From the IMG/VR virus record IMGVR_UViG_3300042691_018174: a DNA stretch of 64,000 nt; one strand, given 5' to 3'. Within the stretch, counting starts at the first letter, position 1. Each line of letters begins with the position of its first letter. The stretch comes from a virus. This document shows positions 55,955 through 64,000 of the stretch, one piece after another. Both the position numbers and the translations under genes were made by a program. The notes below the pieces were generated by a model, which searched no databases, had not been told where the DNA came from, and saw nothing but the letters and a program-made list of their open reading frames with translations.

Positions 55955-56005
55955 ATCTCATTTTCCTTTATATAAAGGGCTGTTTTTTATTGCAGCCATA
56001 ATATT

Positions 56006-56033
56006 ATTATAAAGGATCTACGTTACAAGTCAA
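56006..56033 (-). promoter_or_regulatory. sigma70 promoter P9
   Basis: TTGACT-16-TATAAT. Confidence 0.75.
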
Positions 56034-56041
56034 CAACTAAT

Positions 56042-56122
56042 TTAACCGTTTTTCAAACTGGAGCGGATCCAACCGTTGACTACCTTTTCCAATTCTTTGA
56101 TTGCATCTTGATCGGGTTTCAT
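56042..56122 (-). CDS. 26-aa peptide (not in ORF track)
   Basis: AAGGA RBS; MKPDQDAIKELEKVVNGWIRSSLKNG. Confidence 0.55.
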   Translation of the reverse strand: MKPDQDAIKELEKVVNGWIRSSLKNG

Positions 56123-56124
56123 AT

Positions 56125-56406
56125 TCATTCCTTCATAGAGTTGATAAAATCAATTGTTTCCTGCTCAATGGTATCCACCTCGTCGAAGCAGGCCAACACC
56201 ATCAGTTCACATACTACCTGTGCCTGTTTACGGTCACTGGGAGACAATGATTTGATAAAAGTCATAACTTGATCTTTATCATCCATGCTCCACATAAGGT
56301 CTGCCATTAGCTTCTGCTTCCTGCTCAAACCTTGAATCTTAATAGACACTGGACCTTCCATCCTGTCGTCAGCCATCTGTTTCTTGCTACGGTAACCAGC
56401 CATCAT
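56125..56406 (-). CDS. hypothetical protein
   Basis: ATGA-coupled. Confidence 0.8.
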   Translation of the reverse strand: MMAGYRSKKQMADDRMEGPVSIKIQGLSRKQKLMADLMWSMDDKDQVMTFIKSLSPSDRKQAQVVCELMVLACFDEVDTIEQETIDFINSMKE

Positions 56407-56666
56407 GCTTCCTTGATTAGTTTAGCCAACTGTTCATTCTTTTGTGTCTGTGCCATACGCAACATACGGCTACGGAAGTCTTCACGACGAGCCCGGGGCA
56501 GTTCACCAATAGCCTCTGCTAACAGAGTAGAATATAAACCGCAGGCATAAGCATAAGAACCATCGTGATTCTCACGTGAGGCCTTTTCCACTTCGTTGAT
56601 GGCATCGCGTGTCTCGCGGCACTCATCCAAGTATTCGTTAAATTTCTGTTGTGCTGACTTTGGCAT
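56403..56666 (-). CDS. hypothetical protein
   Basis: RBS and promoter upstream. Confidence 0.8.
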   Translation of the reverse strand: MPKSAQQKFNEYLDECRETRDAINEVEKASRENHDGSYAYACGLYSTLLAEAIGELPRARREDFRSRMLRMAQTQKNEQLAKLIKEA

Positions 56667-56696
56667 ACTCGCTCCTTAATTTGTTAGTGTACCTAC

Positions 56697-56725
56697 AGTA
56701 TACACTCACTCTACGAGATTGTCAA
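56697..56725 (-). promoter_or_regulatory. early sigma70 promoter P10 (inside 3' end of upstream gene)
   Basis: TTGACA-17-TATACT. Confidence 0.88.
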
Positions 56726-57038
56726 CCAAATCCCTGTAGTCTAGTGTGGGCTCTTTGAACTGGATCTCACCTTCCCACTCCAGCTGGCTCTTCTCGAAAG
56801 AGCTGAGGTAGTCGTCAGCTTCAATGCTCCAATCCACGACGTACTCGCGGCAATAGTCATTGTCCCGCTCTACGCCAGCCGCCGCTACCACTTCGGCGTG
56901 GTCGATGTTCAGCGGCACACCAAGGACCTTGTACTCGCTGCCACCCTTCATCTTCCAGTACTGTGGGCAAGCACCCTTGCCGTCCCAGTCGTGGGCACCA
57001 TAGTTTTCCATGTATTGTGTGCGAATGACTAGCATCAT
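56706..57038 (-). CDS. hypothetical protein
   Basis: TQYMENYGAH...YWK.KGG; RBS. Confidence 0.85.
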   Translation of the reverse strand: MMLVIRTQYMENYGAHDWDGKGACPQYWKMKGGSEYKVLGVPLNIDHAEVVAAAGVERDNDYCREYVVDWSIEADDYLSSFEKSQLEWEGEIQFKEPTLDYRDLVDNLVE

Positions 57039-57069
57039 GTTCAGCTCCTTAGTGTGTTAGTGTTCCTAC

Positions 57070-57098
57070 AGTATAGCGCCACTTGGTGGTTTTGTCAA
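57070..57098 (-). promoter_or_regulatory. early sigma70 promoter P11
   Basis: TTGACA-17-TATACT. Confidence 0.9.
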
Positions 57099-57310
57099 GC
57101 TCTTTCAAACATCCTGATCAGTTCGTTGTGTAAAAACGACACCTCATCACGCTCCACATAGAAGTCTGTGCGTGGGTCGTAGTAAGAACCTTCCTTTGGA
57201 TCGTAGTACAAGATCCTGCCGTTAGCAAAGACATAAGGACCTTCCAATCCCTTTCTAGGACCGTAACCTTTAAGTAGGTCTTCTGTCTTACCTAGAACCT
57301 TGTAGCCCAT
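57095..57310 (-). CDS. hypothetical protein with YYDP (OCRE-like) repeats
   Basis: ATG after GGAG; YYDPKEGSYYDPRTDFY. Confidence 0.8.
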   Translation of the reverse strand: MGYKVLGKTEDLLKGYGPRKGLEGPYVFANGRILYYDPKEGSYYDPRTDFYVERDEVSFLHNELIRMFERA

Positions 57311-57311
57311 A

Positions 57312-57602
57312 TCAGTCTCCCGAATCAACTTGAAAACGATCTCCACACTCACTGCAGGTGAATTCTGTGAGGCATCGTCCCACCGTCTGACTGGAGTATT
57401 TGTGGTGACAGGGGTCACCATCCCGGTTGAGACGGACTTGACCTTTTGGTTTTCCGAACATATACTGACCCCCGCAGTTGGTGCAATCCAGGGTATCAGT
57501 CTCTTTATCGTAGCCAGCGATAACATTCTTGTATCGCTCCATACTGATCGGCACTGCGACTCTGCCGCTGCCGTTGCAAACTGGACAAGTTCCGTATTCC
57601 AT
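57312..57602 (-). CDS. zinc-finger protein (DnaJ-like CxxCxGxG)
   Basis: CPVCNGSG, CTNCGG, CSECG. Confidence 0.85.
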   Translation of the reverse strand: MEYGTCPVCNGSGRVAVPISMERYKNVIAGYDKETDTLDCTNCGGQYMFGKPKGQVRLNRDGDPCHHKYSSQTVGRCLTEFTCSECGDRFQVDSGD

Positions 57603-57625
57603 CTTCAGCTCCTTAGTATGTCTAC

Positions 57626-57654
57626 AGTATAGCGTCGGTTTTGTCTTTTGTCAA
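57626..57654 (-). promoter_or_regulatory. early sigma70 promoter P12
   Basis: TTGACA-17-TATACT. Confidence 0.9.
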
Positions 57655-57682
57655 CCAGAATTTTTGTTGTATTTTTACAACA

Positions 57683-57889
57683 GGTGCTTCCCCCCTGCGG
57701 CGGTAATTGTAGCACATCAAGTGGCGATCTTTACATCGCACACCATCACACATGCCTTCCACCCGCTCCCCGACCAGGAGTGATTCTCGCATTGCCAGCG
57801 CCAGTTCGGTATGACTGGAACCACCCTCGACTGCCACTGTCGCTTCTCATCGTGCGGGTCACACTATCCGGAGGCACCGGAACGTTCTG
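57683..57889 (-). ncRNA. candidate structured ncRNA 2 (~205 nt)
   Basis: GC-rich gap in a dense array with multiple helices and long-range pairings. Confidence 0.65.
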
Positions 57890-57994
57890 TTAGTCTATAA
57901 AAATCCAGTATGTGCCCAACAGCACGGCATAGATCGCCGCTGCCTGTACCACATACTTGAGTTCAAGCCATTCAACCAATTCTTTTATTGTCAT
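57890..57994 (-). CDS. 34-aa membrane peptide (not in ORF track)
   Basis: GAGG RBS; MTIKELVEWLELKYVVQAAAIYAVLLGTYWIFID. Confidence 0.65.
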   Translation of the reverse strand: MTIKELVEWLELKYVVQAAAIYAVLLGTYWIFID

Positions 57995-57996
57995 GA

Positions 57997-58251
57997 TTAA
58001 GCCTCGACAAAGTTGATGCTGGGGTCGAGAGCCTTAAGCTCATTGGCCACGGCAGTGAGTTCACGGTAACGACTACGCACCTGTGAGGCAGATAGCTCGC
58101 CATCACAAGTCAAGTTCTCTGGACTTAAGGCACTGTCGATGATCTCTGCGATGCGCTGACGATCTGCAGCCACGGTCAAGTCCAAAGCCTTGATACCGAA
58201 CACCGAATTGAATTGATTGCGTTGCTTGACGAATTGAAGTAGTGCTTTCAT
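57997..58251 (-). CDS. hypothetical protein
   Basis: LSPENLTCDGE motif; RBS. Confidence 0.85.
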   Translation of the reverse strand: MKALLQFVKQRNQFNSVFGIKALDLTVAADRQRIAEIIDSALSPENLTCDGELSASQVRSRYRELTAVANELKALDPSINFVEA

Positions 58252-58280
58252 TTCTGCTCCTTGTTTAACAATGTTCCACT

Positions 58281-58309
58281 AGTATACTGCCAGTGGTTTT
58301 ATCTGTCAA
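58281..58309 (-). promoter_or_regulatory. early sigma70 promoter P13
   Basis: TTGACA-17-TATACT. Confidence 0.9.
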
Positions 58310-58387
58310 GAGTTTTCTAAGATTATTCTGTTGTATTTTTACAACAACCAGGCACTGCCAATCAGCTTACAGCGGGAAACACTGGTC

Positions 58388-58783
58388 CTACTCCACCATG
58401 CTTAGATGCTTGCAGGACCTTCTGAATTGGAACCCTGGGCAGCTACAATGGTACCGGCTTGACTCTTTGGTGACGACGTAGACGCTGCCTTTGCTTCCCG
58501 GGATTTCCCACCTTGCTCTACTTGAAACTTCTGCTTCTCCAGCAAGGACATCAGTTCCATCCAAGGATGTGATACTGTGGACATGATCAATTGGTATGAT
58601 GCTGTCTGGGTGTTGCGGATTGCCTGTATGTAATTTGAATGTGCCTGGAGCATCCCATTTGTTGCTTGGAACCACTGTTCCAGTGTATTCGTGGTAATCA
58701 TACTGATCCTTTGCGAAATAAAAATGTGTCTTCCATTTAGTCACCACCCGTAGGTGTTGACCTACGAGCGGCAACTTATACAT
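58388..58783 (-). CDS. SWIM zinc-finger protein
   Basis: GS.G..Y.V...CSCPGF.FR..CKH. Confidence 0.85.
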   Translation of the reverse strand: MYKLPLVGQHLRVVTKWKTHFYFAKDQYDYHEYTGTVVPSNKWDAPGTFKLHTGNPQHPDSIIPIDHVHSITSLDGTDVLAGEAEVSSRARWEIPGSKGSVYVVTKESSRYHCSCPGFQFRRSCKHLSMVE

Positions 58784-59127
58784 TAGAAGGATGCGTCTTC
58801 GAGATCAGCTTCTACTTTATCTGCCTTAGCCTTAGGGGCCTTGGCACTCTTAGTAGGCTTGGCGGGCTGTAGCTCCACCTTACGTTTAGCAGCTTCTGCT
58901 TGAATGGCAGCAGCTTTATCGAGATCACCATCGGAGAAGTCGATGCTGATCAAGTAACTAACGATCTGTTCCTTGGTCATGGCATGCGGCAACTCGATAA
59001 GATCGATGTTGGTATGACCACCCTTGAGCAAGACCTTAACACGTGTCATGTCGTTGGCGAAACGAACCTTAGTAGAACCATTGGGCAAAGTACTAGTACC
59101 TGCAACTGCGTAAGTCGATTGAGACAT
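58783..59127 (-). CDS. hypothetical protein with K/A-rich tail
   Basis: KVRFAND..R; AAGGA RBS. Confidence 0.85.
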   Translation of the reverse strand: MSQSTYAVAGTSTLPNGSTKVRFANDMTRVKVLLKGGHTNIDLIELPHAMTKEQIVSYLISIDFSDGDLDKAAAIQAEAAKRKVELQPAKPTKSAKAPKAKADKVEADLEDASF

Positions 59128-59174
59128 TACATTTCCTTTCTATGTGTGTGTATACTGGACCATCCAGTATTAAT

Positions 59175-59203
59175 ATTATACAGTGTTTCGAAAAATTTGT
59201 CAA
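59175..59203 (-). promoter_or_regulatory. early sigma70 promoter P14 (perfect consensus)
   Basis: TTGACA-17-TATAAT; leader hairpin ATACTGGA-TGG-TCCAGTAT. Confidence 0.92.
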
Positions 59204-59206
59204 CCA

Positions 59207-59332
59207 TTATTTGACTGCTTCTTTCGAAACTGACTGCACCTTCTGGACACCATTGTCCAAAACTTTGGCCAATCCGGTGAACCCGATATTGGCAACTACG
59301 ATTCCAATTACAATACCAATCAATAACTGCAT
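59207..59332 (-). CDS. 41-aa membrane peptide (not in ORF track)
   Basis: AAGGAG RBS; MQLLIGIVIGIVVANIGFTGLAK... Confidence 0.75.
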   Translation of the reverse strand: MQLLIGIVIGIVVANIGFTGLAKVLDNGVQKVQSVSKEAVK

Positions 59333-59351
59333 GACTGACTCCTTCTGTGTG

Positions 59352-59429
<78 letters not shown>

Positions 59430-59436
59430 GTTAAAT

Positions 59437-59865
59437 TTAATCAGCTTCGAAACAAAAATCTTCAAACATGGCCACTGGACCATCAAAAATACATTCGTTC
59501 TTATCACTCATCGTAAGACCAAACATATTACTACCTCTATCTTTGACCATTACGCAGAGCTCACTATCCTTTTCGTAGACGTGGTACTCATAGTCCTGAC
59601 CGCAGTCTGTAGCTTCAACGCTGTGGATGTAAAAGCCACCCACGCTCTGCTTGAAGTGTGAGATCAACTGCGCAGCCAAGCAACCCATGCCGTTGGCAGT
59701 CTTGCGTGTCTCTCCTACTGCAATGCCATTAGTGATGGCAGCGAACTGCTGAAGAAACTCATAAAGCTCTGCACCATGACCTGTAGGATAGCCATCGTAT
59801 TGACGATAAAGATTGACTATTGGCTTACCGTGATCGTAAACAATAGTGAGGCAACGTGTTCCCAT
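59437..59865 (-). CDS. hypothetical protein
   Basis: MGTR...YRQYDGYP.GHG phage motif. Confidence 0.85.
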   Translation of the reverse strand: MGTRCLTIVYDHGKPIVNLYRQYDGYPTGHGAELYEFLQQFAAITNGIAVGETRKTANGMGCLAAQLISHFKQSVGGFYIHSVEATDCGQDYEYHVYEKDSELCVMVKDRGSNMFGLTMSDKNECIFDGPVAMFEDFCFEAD

Positions 59866-59895
59866 TTTTCGCTCCTTAGTTAACAGTATGTCTAA

Positions 59896-59924
59896 AGTAT
59901 ACTACCAAAATGGCCCTTTGTCAA
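59896..59924 (-). promoter_or_regulatory. early sigma70 promoter P15
   Basis: TTGACA-17-TATACT. Confidence 0.9.
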
Positions 59925-60400
59925 GAGCCAGTGCCCATATGAAGTTCATTTCCGTTCTTCAGTCGGAAGCCTTCGACGAAGATGTGATGGTCGTCACCAC
60001 TTTCCCGAATAGCAAGATCTGCGGCACTCCACAAGTCGATCCAGTTTGGACCCATCACTGGGTAGTGCTTACGACTATCACCCCAGTGCTGATCGTAGAC
60101 TACGAAGCTGTCGCTGGGGAATGGGTGTGGTGTATAGAAGTCATCAATCTCGAACATGCTCCAAATGCTGCGGAACTTCATCTCTTGACGGACACTGGTA
60201 TAGTAGTCGTGCTTGTGATCAAAAGCCTCAGAGTCTTGACGGTAAGCATCAGCAAGACCCTGCTCAAAACTTTGGATCACTGCCTCAAGGCGCTCTACCT
60301 TAACCATGCTCTGCTGCATGTCGCCTACGATGCTGCGCAACTCGCAGAGGGTGTTGTGAACAGTTTTGAAGTCTTCACTGTGTAGAGTAACTGTCTGCAT
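59921..60400 (-). CDS. hypothetical protein
   Basis: SGDDHHIFVEGF; RBS. Confidence 0.85.
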   Translation of the reverse strand: MQTVTLHSEDFKTVHNTLCELRSIVGDMQQSMVKVERLEAVIQSFEQGLADAYRQDSEAFDHKHDYYTSVRQEMKFRSIWSMFEIDDFYTPHPFPSDSFVVYDQHWGDSRKHYPVMGPNWIDLWSAADLAIRESGDDHHIFVEGFRLKNGNELHMGTGS

Positions 60401-60401
60401 A

Positions 60402-60662
60402 TTAAGCTCCTTGAAAATAGACTGCTTGAATTTTATTTGCTACACGATCTTCGACATAAGCAATAGCACCCTCAAAAACTACATTGGGGTGATTAAGCAC
60501 ACGGTTGGCGATAATGCGCACACCGCGCTCGGAGACATTGACTGGGTAGCCTGGGTTGTTGGTCTCGGCACCCTGAGCTGTGTAATTGTACTTGCCCCGG
60601 CACCCGCACATACAACCTATACGTCCGGAATAAGTTTTGATGATGTTTTGATTGCTAAACAT
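60402..60662 (-). CDS. hypothetical protein (GCMCGC motif)
   Basis: YSG..GCMCGCRGKY. Confidence 0.85.
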   Translation of the reverse strand: MFSNQNIIKTYSGRIGCMCGCRGKYNYTAQGAETNNPGYPVNVSERGVRIIANRVLNHPNVVFEGAIAYVEDRVANKIQAVYFQGA

Positions 60663-60690
60663 TTTCGCTCCTTTGTTTTACTATGCCTAC

Positions 60691-60719
60691 AGTATAGCAC
60701 CGATATTACCGACTGTCAA
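60691..60719 (-). promoter_or_regulatory. early sigma70 promoter P16
   Basis: TTGACA-17-TATACT. Confidence 0.9.
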
Positions 60720-60754
60720 CCGTTTTGTTGAATACCCATACAACTTGTATGGGA

Positions 60755-61000
60755 TTAAAAGTCTGCTGTAAGCTCTCCAGTGGATTGATCTAAACTTACA
60801 AATACCTTACCCACTTCATGGTCTCCAGTGCCTGCTTCGTCAAAGTAGGTTACCTTGTAGCAGAACTGTCCGCCATTGGTAATGCCTAGGAACTTGGCAG
60901 TCTCAAAGGCACACATGGTATAGCCCGATGTGTCAAGGACCCTAGCTAGGTCTTTGGGAGTGAAGTTTATAAGTTCTATGAGAGTGTCTGCTGTAATCAT
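60755..61000 (-). CDS. hypothetical protein
   Basis: FLGITNGGQFCY; RBS. Confidence 0.85.
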   Translation of the reverse strand: MITADTLIELINFTPKDLARVLDTSGYTMCAFETAKFLGITNGGQFCYKVTYFDEAGTGDHEVGKVFVSLDQSTGELTADF

Positions 61001-61024
61001 TGTCTGCTCCTTTAGTATGTCATT

Positions 61025-61053
61025 AGTATAGCACCGGTTTTACCAAATGTCAA
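61025..61053 (-). promoter_or_regulatory. early sigma70 promoter P17
   Basis: TTGACA-17-TATACT. Confidence 0.9.
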
Positions 61054-61120
61054 CCGAAAAAAAGAGGTGTTGTAAAAATACAACACCCCATATAAAGCCC
61101 CCATTGCAGGGGCGGAGCAA

Positions 61121-61810
61121 TTAATCAAACTTGATAGGCTGGGGCTTGTTCAAACCCTTCTTCTCTGCGCCGTCCTCTAGAAACTCTTCTAGCTCGTCGG
61201 CTTCCTCTTCGTTCTCTGCTTCCCACTCGGCCATGCCGCAGGAAATATTCCACATGTCGTCCATTTCGTCGCCAATAAGGTCGCGAACATCCTTGCTAGT
61301 GTAGCCGTTGAGCTCAAAGCAATCATCATACAACATCTCACCACTATCGAACTCTGCACGACCAACGAAGCACATGCCACTCTCGTAATAGTCTAGCGTC
61401 ATGCTCACATCTGGATTCTGCTCTGCATAGAAAGCAAATGCTGTCACAGGTGGTGACCAGGCACTGTCGAACCATCCAGTGATACGAGCATGAGGACCTT
61501 TGCCACCATTGTCATAGTTGACATCCTCGTCCTGCTCGAACTCTAGACCTTCAGGACTGACTTCCCATTTGGTTCCCCAGTTCTGGACACGCCAGTCCCA
61601 CCAGCTCTGTCCTTTAGCCACAGGCTCGTTGTTGCCTACAATGCCTGGGAATGTGGGTAGCACATCCACTTCATCATAGTTAGGTTCGGAACGCATGCCA
61701 CGAAGCAACCCACCACCTTGGTCTTCATCCTTGACAGCCTGCTCCCACAGAGCCTTGATCTTATCACGGGGACCTACAATCTGAATTGAGTTATTACACC
61801 AGTTAGGCAT
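61121..61810 (-). CDS. DUF1281/YubB ferredoxin-like domain protein
   Basis: MPNWCNN, WR..NWGTKW, FDSAWSPP, YYESG. Confidence 0.8.
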   Translation of the reverse strand: MPNWCNNSIQIVGPRDKIKALWEQAVKDEDQGGGLLRGMRSEPNYDEVDVLPTFPGIVGNNEPVAKGQSWWDWRVQNWGTKWEVSPEGLEFEQDEDVNYDNGGKGPHARITGWFDSAWSPPVTAFAFYAEQNPDVSMTLDYYESGMCFVGRAEFDSGEMLYDDCFELNGYTSKDVRDLIGDEMDDMWNISCGMAEWEAENEEEADELEEFLEDGAEKKGLNKPQPIKFD

Positions 61811-61970
61811 TGTCAATCTCCTTTAGTTGTTTAGCAATTTCAATTTCTTCAGCCAGTTTATTAGCAGTGGATCCTAAGATCCTTAAGATCTTAATCAGTT
61901 CTTCATCTGGAAGGTCTTGGGCCTGCACTTCACCCAAGCACCTTTCCATTAATTCAAACTTACCTTTCAT
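61803..61970 (-). CDS. 55-aa hypothetical protein (not in ORF track)
   Basis: ATGA-coupled to upstream gene; fills the gap exactly. Confidence 0.65.
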   Translation of the reverse strand: MKGKFELMERCLGEVQAQDLPDEELIKILRILGSTANKLAEEIEIAKQLKEIDNA

Positions 61971-62239
61971 GCGGCACTCAGCATGTTAGCAGGCACACGC
62001 CACATACCTTGCTGGGTAGCCACTGTCACATACTTACGACCCACCTTACTCACCGTGCCCTTGTAGGTCATGCCATTCTTGCTAGAAGTGAATTGAACAT
62101 TGGCACCAGTTCGCATGGTAAATATGTTCTTCTGTGTGATACGGCTACGAGCAAACTTGACTGCATCCATGATGCTGTTCAGCTCATCGTTAGTGAAGTT
62201 ACCTTGCAGGATCTCTGCATTTACAGTTTGAATTGACAT
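61967..62239 (-). CDS. hypothetical protein (SH3-like C-terminus)
   Basis: G..V.F...G.V.KV.RK...WRVPA.ML. Confidence 0.85.
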   Translation of the reverse strand: MSIQTVNAEILQGNFTNDELNSIMDAVKFARSRITQKNIFTMRTGANVQFTSSKNGMTYKGTVSKVGRKYVTVATQQGMWRVPANMLSAA

Positions 62240-62269
62240 TTCACGCTCCTTGTTTAACAGTATGCCTAA

Positions 62270-62298
62270 AGTATAGCACCGGTTTTACCAGTTGTCAA
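62270..62298 (-). promoter_or_regulatory. early sigma70 promoter P18
   Basis: TTGACA-17-TATACT. Confidence 0.9.
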
Positions 62299-62317
62299 GT
62301 CTTTTGATGTTGTATTT

Positions 62318-62590
62318 TTACAACACCCCTTCTTCTTCCAACTCCTTGACCACTTCGTTGAATAGGTCATCTAGTTCTTCCGGAGTCATCCTGTTGTTTT
62401 TTCGCAACTGCCCGGCACTCCTGCCTTTGGTAAGAGCTGACCCTACGACATAGACTCGGGGGTAATGTTCTGCACAATAGCTCTTACCTGGGAGGCTAGG
62501 GTGACCACAAGGAGTGGTAGGACCATCCCTTGGGTCTTGATCAGAGCCTAACCATTCGCAAGGTACTACACGAGTGGACTTTAAGATCAT
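62318..62590 (-). CDS. GcrA C-terminal-like zinc-binding protein
   Basis: CEW...CG.P...SYC.EH...VY. Confidence 0.6.
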   Translation of the reverse strand: MILKSTRVVPCEWLGSDQDPRDGPTTPCGHPSLPGKSYCAEHYPRVYVVGSALTKGRSAGQLRKNNRMTPEELDDLFNEVVKELEEEGVL

Positions 62591-62591
62591 A

Positions 62592-63446
62592 TTAAGCTCG
62601 CTTCATACAAGTAAGAGCAGCCACAGACTTCCACTTCTCAGGCATAGCTGCACGGAGGTCTGCAACCTTAATCACCATACGCAGACTCAGCTCGCGCATC
62701 TTGTCCTTGTTGCTTTCAATAAACTGTACCACCTCAGCCTTAGCTTCGTCAGTGAGTTCGTATACATCCAGCATACCATCACCTACAATCTGCTTGATAC
62801 GCAGGATCTTCTCACGGGTAGTGTCAATAGTCAAATCCAGATAGTGACAGCGTGACTCTAATGCATCCAAGTGGTCGCGGAGCTTCTTAGAACGAACATG
62901 CTCGAACTTGATGTTAGTAATAAAAATGGCACTGCCGCAGAACTCAAAGCTGTTGGGGATGCCTTCGCTACGCAGGATGCGACTGTCTGTGTTCCAGCTA
63001 ATAGTACGCTTCTTGCTACTGTCCAGAGCAGCCTTCAAAATATTAAGGCTCAGTTCGTCCAACAGTACACTGTCACAGTCGTCGAACACCAGTACATTAC
63101 CCTTCTTGCTAAACTCATAGAGCTTAGAGTATAGACCGATGGCACTCATAGCACCCTTGACAACTTCGTAACGCGGCTTGCGTTCACCCATCTTGTCAAA
63201 GAGATCGTCCTTTGTAAGTACTGCCTCAACGCCAAAGGATTTACCAACGCCGGGAGGGCCGCTGACGATCATAGCACGGACATCACCTTTGCGTACACCT
63301 TTGGTCATATCTTCGAGGATAGTGAATCGTTCTTTGATACGATCCATAATCTGCTGATCAGTTTCTTTAGCCACCTCACGCTCGCGCTTCTTGATAGCCT
63401 CAGTGTCGAAGTCCAAAAGTTTCGTTGCGTTTGCACTCTTTGCCAT
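62592..63446 (-). CDS. AAA+-type P-loop ATPase
   Basis: GPPGVGKS, VLVFDDCD, FITN, SR. Confidence 0.9.
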   Translation of the reverse strand: MAKSANATKLLDFDTEAIKKREREVAKETDQQIMDRIKERFTILEDMTKGVRKGDVRAMIVSGPPGVGKSFGVEAVLTKDDLFDKMGERKPRYEVVKGAMSAIGLYSKLYEFSKKGNVLVFDDCDSVLLDELSLNILKAALDSSKKRTISWNTDSRILRSEGIPNSFEFCGSAIFITNIKFEHVRSKKLRDHLDALESRCHYLDLTIDTTREKILRIKQIVGDGMLDVYELTDEAKAEVVQFIESNKDKMRELSLRMVIKVADLRAAMPEKWKSVAALTCMKRA

Positions 63447-63477
63447 TACATGCTCCTGTGTGTTATTTAAAGTCTGT

Positions 63478-63505
63478 ATTATACACGAAAAAAAGGTTTT
63501 GTCAA
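63478..63505 (-). promoter_or_regulatory. early sigma70 promoter P19
   Basis: TTGACA-16-TATAAT. Confidence 0.85.
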
Positions 63506-63999
63506 GCCTGTTTCATAAAGACCACAAAACCCGTACGGTCTTTCTTAGCACGGCCCTTAGCCTTCAAGCCCAAGATCACACCCTTGGGATCCAAGAAGCG
63601 AAGGTCTGTTTCATCCGCATTGAACACGGGACGACCCATATAAGTCTCTGGGATTTCATCAAAGACCACAGTCACATTCATTCCTTGTGCAAGAGCTTTC
63701 TGTACATCAGCATCGTTACCATCTGCGGCACTGAAGGTCAAGTGGTAGTTCTTGTACTTAGAAGTCTTACGACCCAAGACCTTAGTGTAGTCATAGAACT
63801 GAACATCGGGGAACAGTTCAAAGATATTGTTCTCGTTGATAGTGTACTTCTCCCAGCTAAGGTCACTAGTACCATTCAAACGGAACACGGGAGTCAAACC
63901 CTGACGTTCTGCATAGCGAACGGCACGAGCAATGTCCTCATAGAGATCCATCATAAAGTAGTCGCGAGCTTCAAAGAAGTAACGTGTCTTGCGGATGCG
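63502..63999 (-). CDS. GP88-family protein (5' end beyond window)
   Basis: RLNGTSD, FYDYTK, NYHLTFS, D.RFLD, GLKAKG; frame open to window edge. Confidence 0.75.
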   Translation of the reverse strand, partial: RIRKTRYFFEARDYFMMDLYEDIARAVRYAERQGLTPVFRLNGTSDLSWEKYTINENNIFELFPDVQFYDYTKVLGRKTSKYKNYHLTFSAADGNDADVQKALAQGMNVTVVFDEIPETYMGRPVFNADETDLRFLDPKGVILGLKAKGRAKKDRTGFVVFMKQA

Positions 64000-64000
64000 A

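Noticed and set aside
57311-57526. N-terminal extension of the 143-aa ORF
   Set aside because: Overlaps the zinc-finger gene; ATG at 57310 has a GGAG RBS. Track starts at 52461, 55517, 43783, 17083 and 25925 were shortened on similar grounds

Overview
The window is 64 kb of a large T4-like (myovirus-type) phage genome with three parts. (1) 1-35 kb is an AT-rich virion module: RCC1-like and tail-fibre-like proteins, a 2292-aa structural protein, gp15/gp14/gp13, dNMP kinase, sheath gp18, tube gp19, gp4, terminase subunits and low-complexity putative internal head proteins. (2) 35-51.6 kb is a replication/recombination module: gp32, UvsX, UvsY, UvsW, a gp62-like clamp-loader subunit, primase, helicase and a 192-aa miniature DnaE-type polymerase core, followed by host-like accessory genes. 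(3) After a structured non-coding hinge at 51.6-52.1 kb comes a more GC-rich, all-minus-strand early region. It is built as an array of 19 near-consensus sigma70 promoter + leader modules, each driving one to a few small genes, and carries two families of palindromic sites, a tRNA-Ile2(CAT) and two ~200-nt structured ncRNA candidates. The strongest leads are the miniature C-family polymerase operon, the promoter-cassette array with its regulatory sites and ncRNAs, and phycobiliprotein-like Cys motifs in the giant virion protein. All family assignments come from motif recognition by eye; no database search was run.
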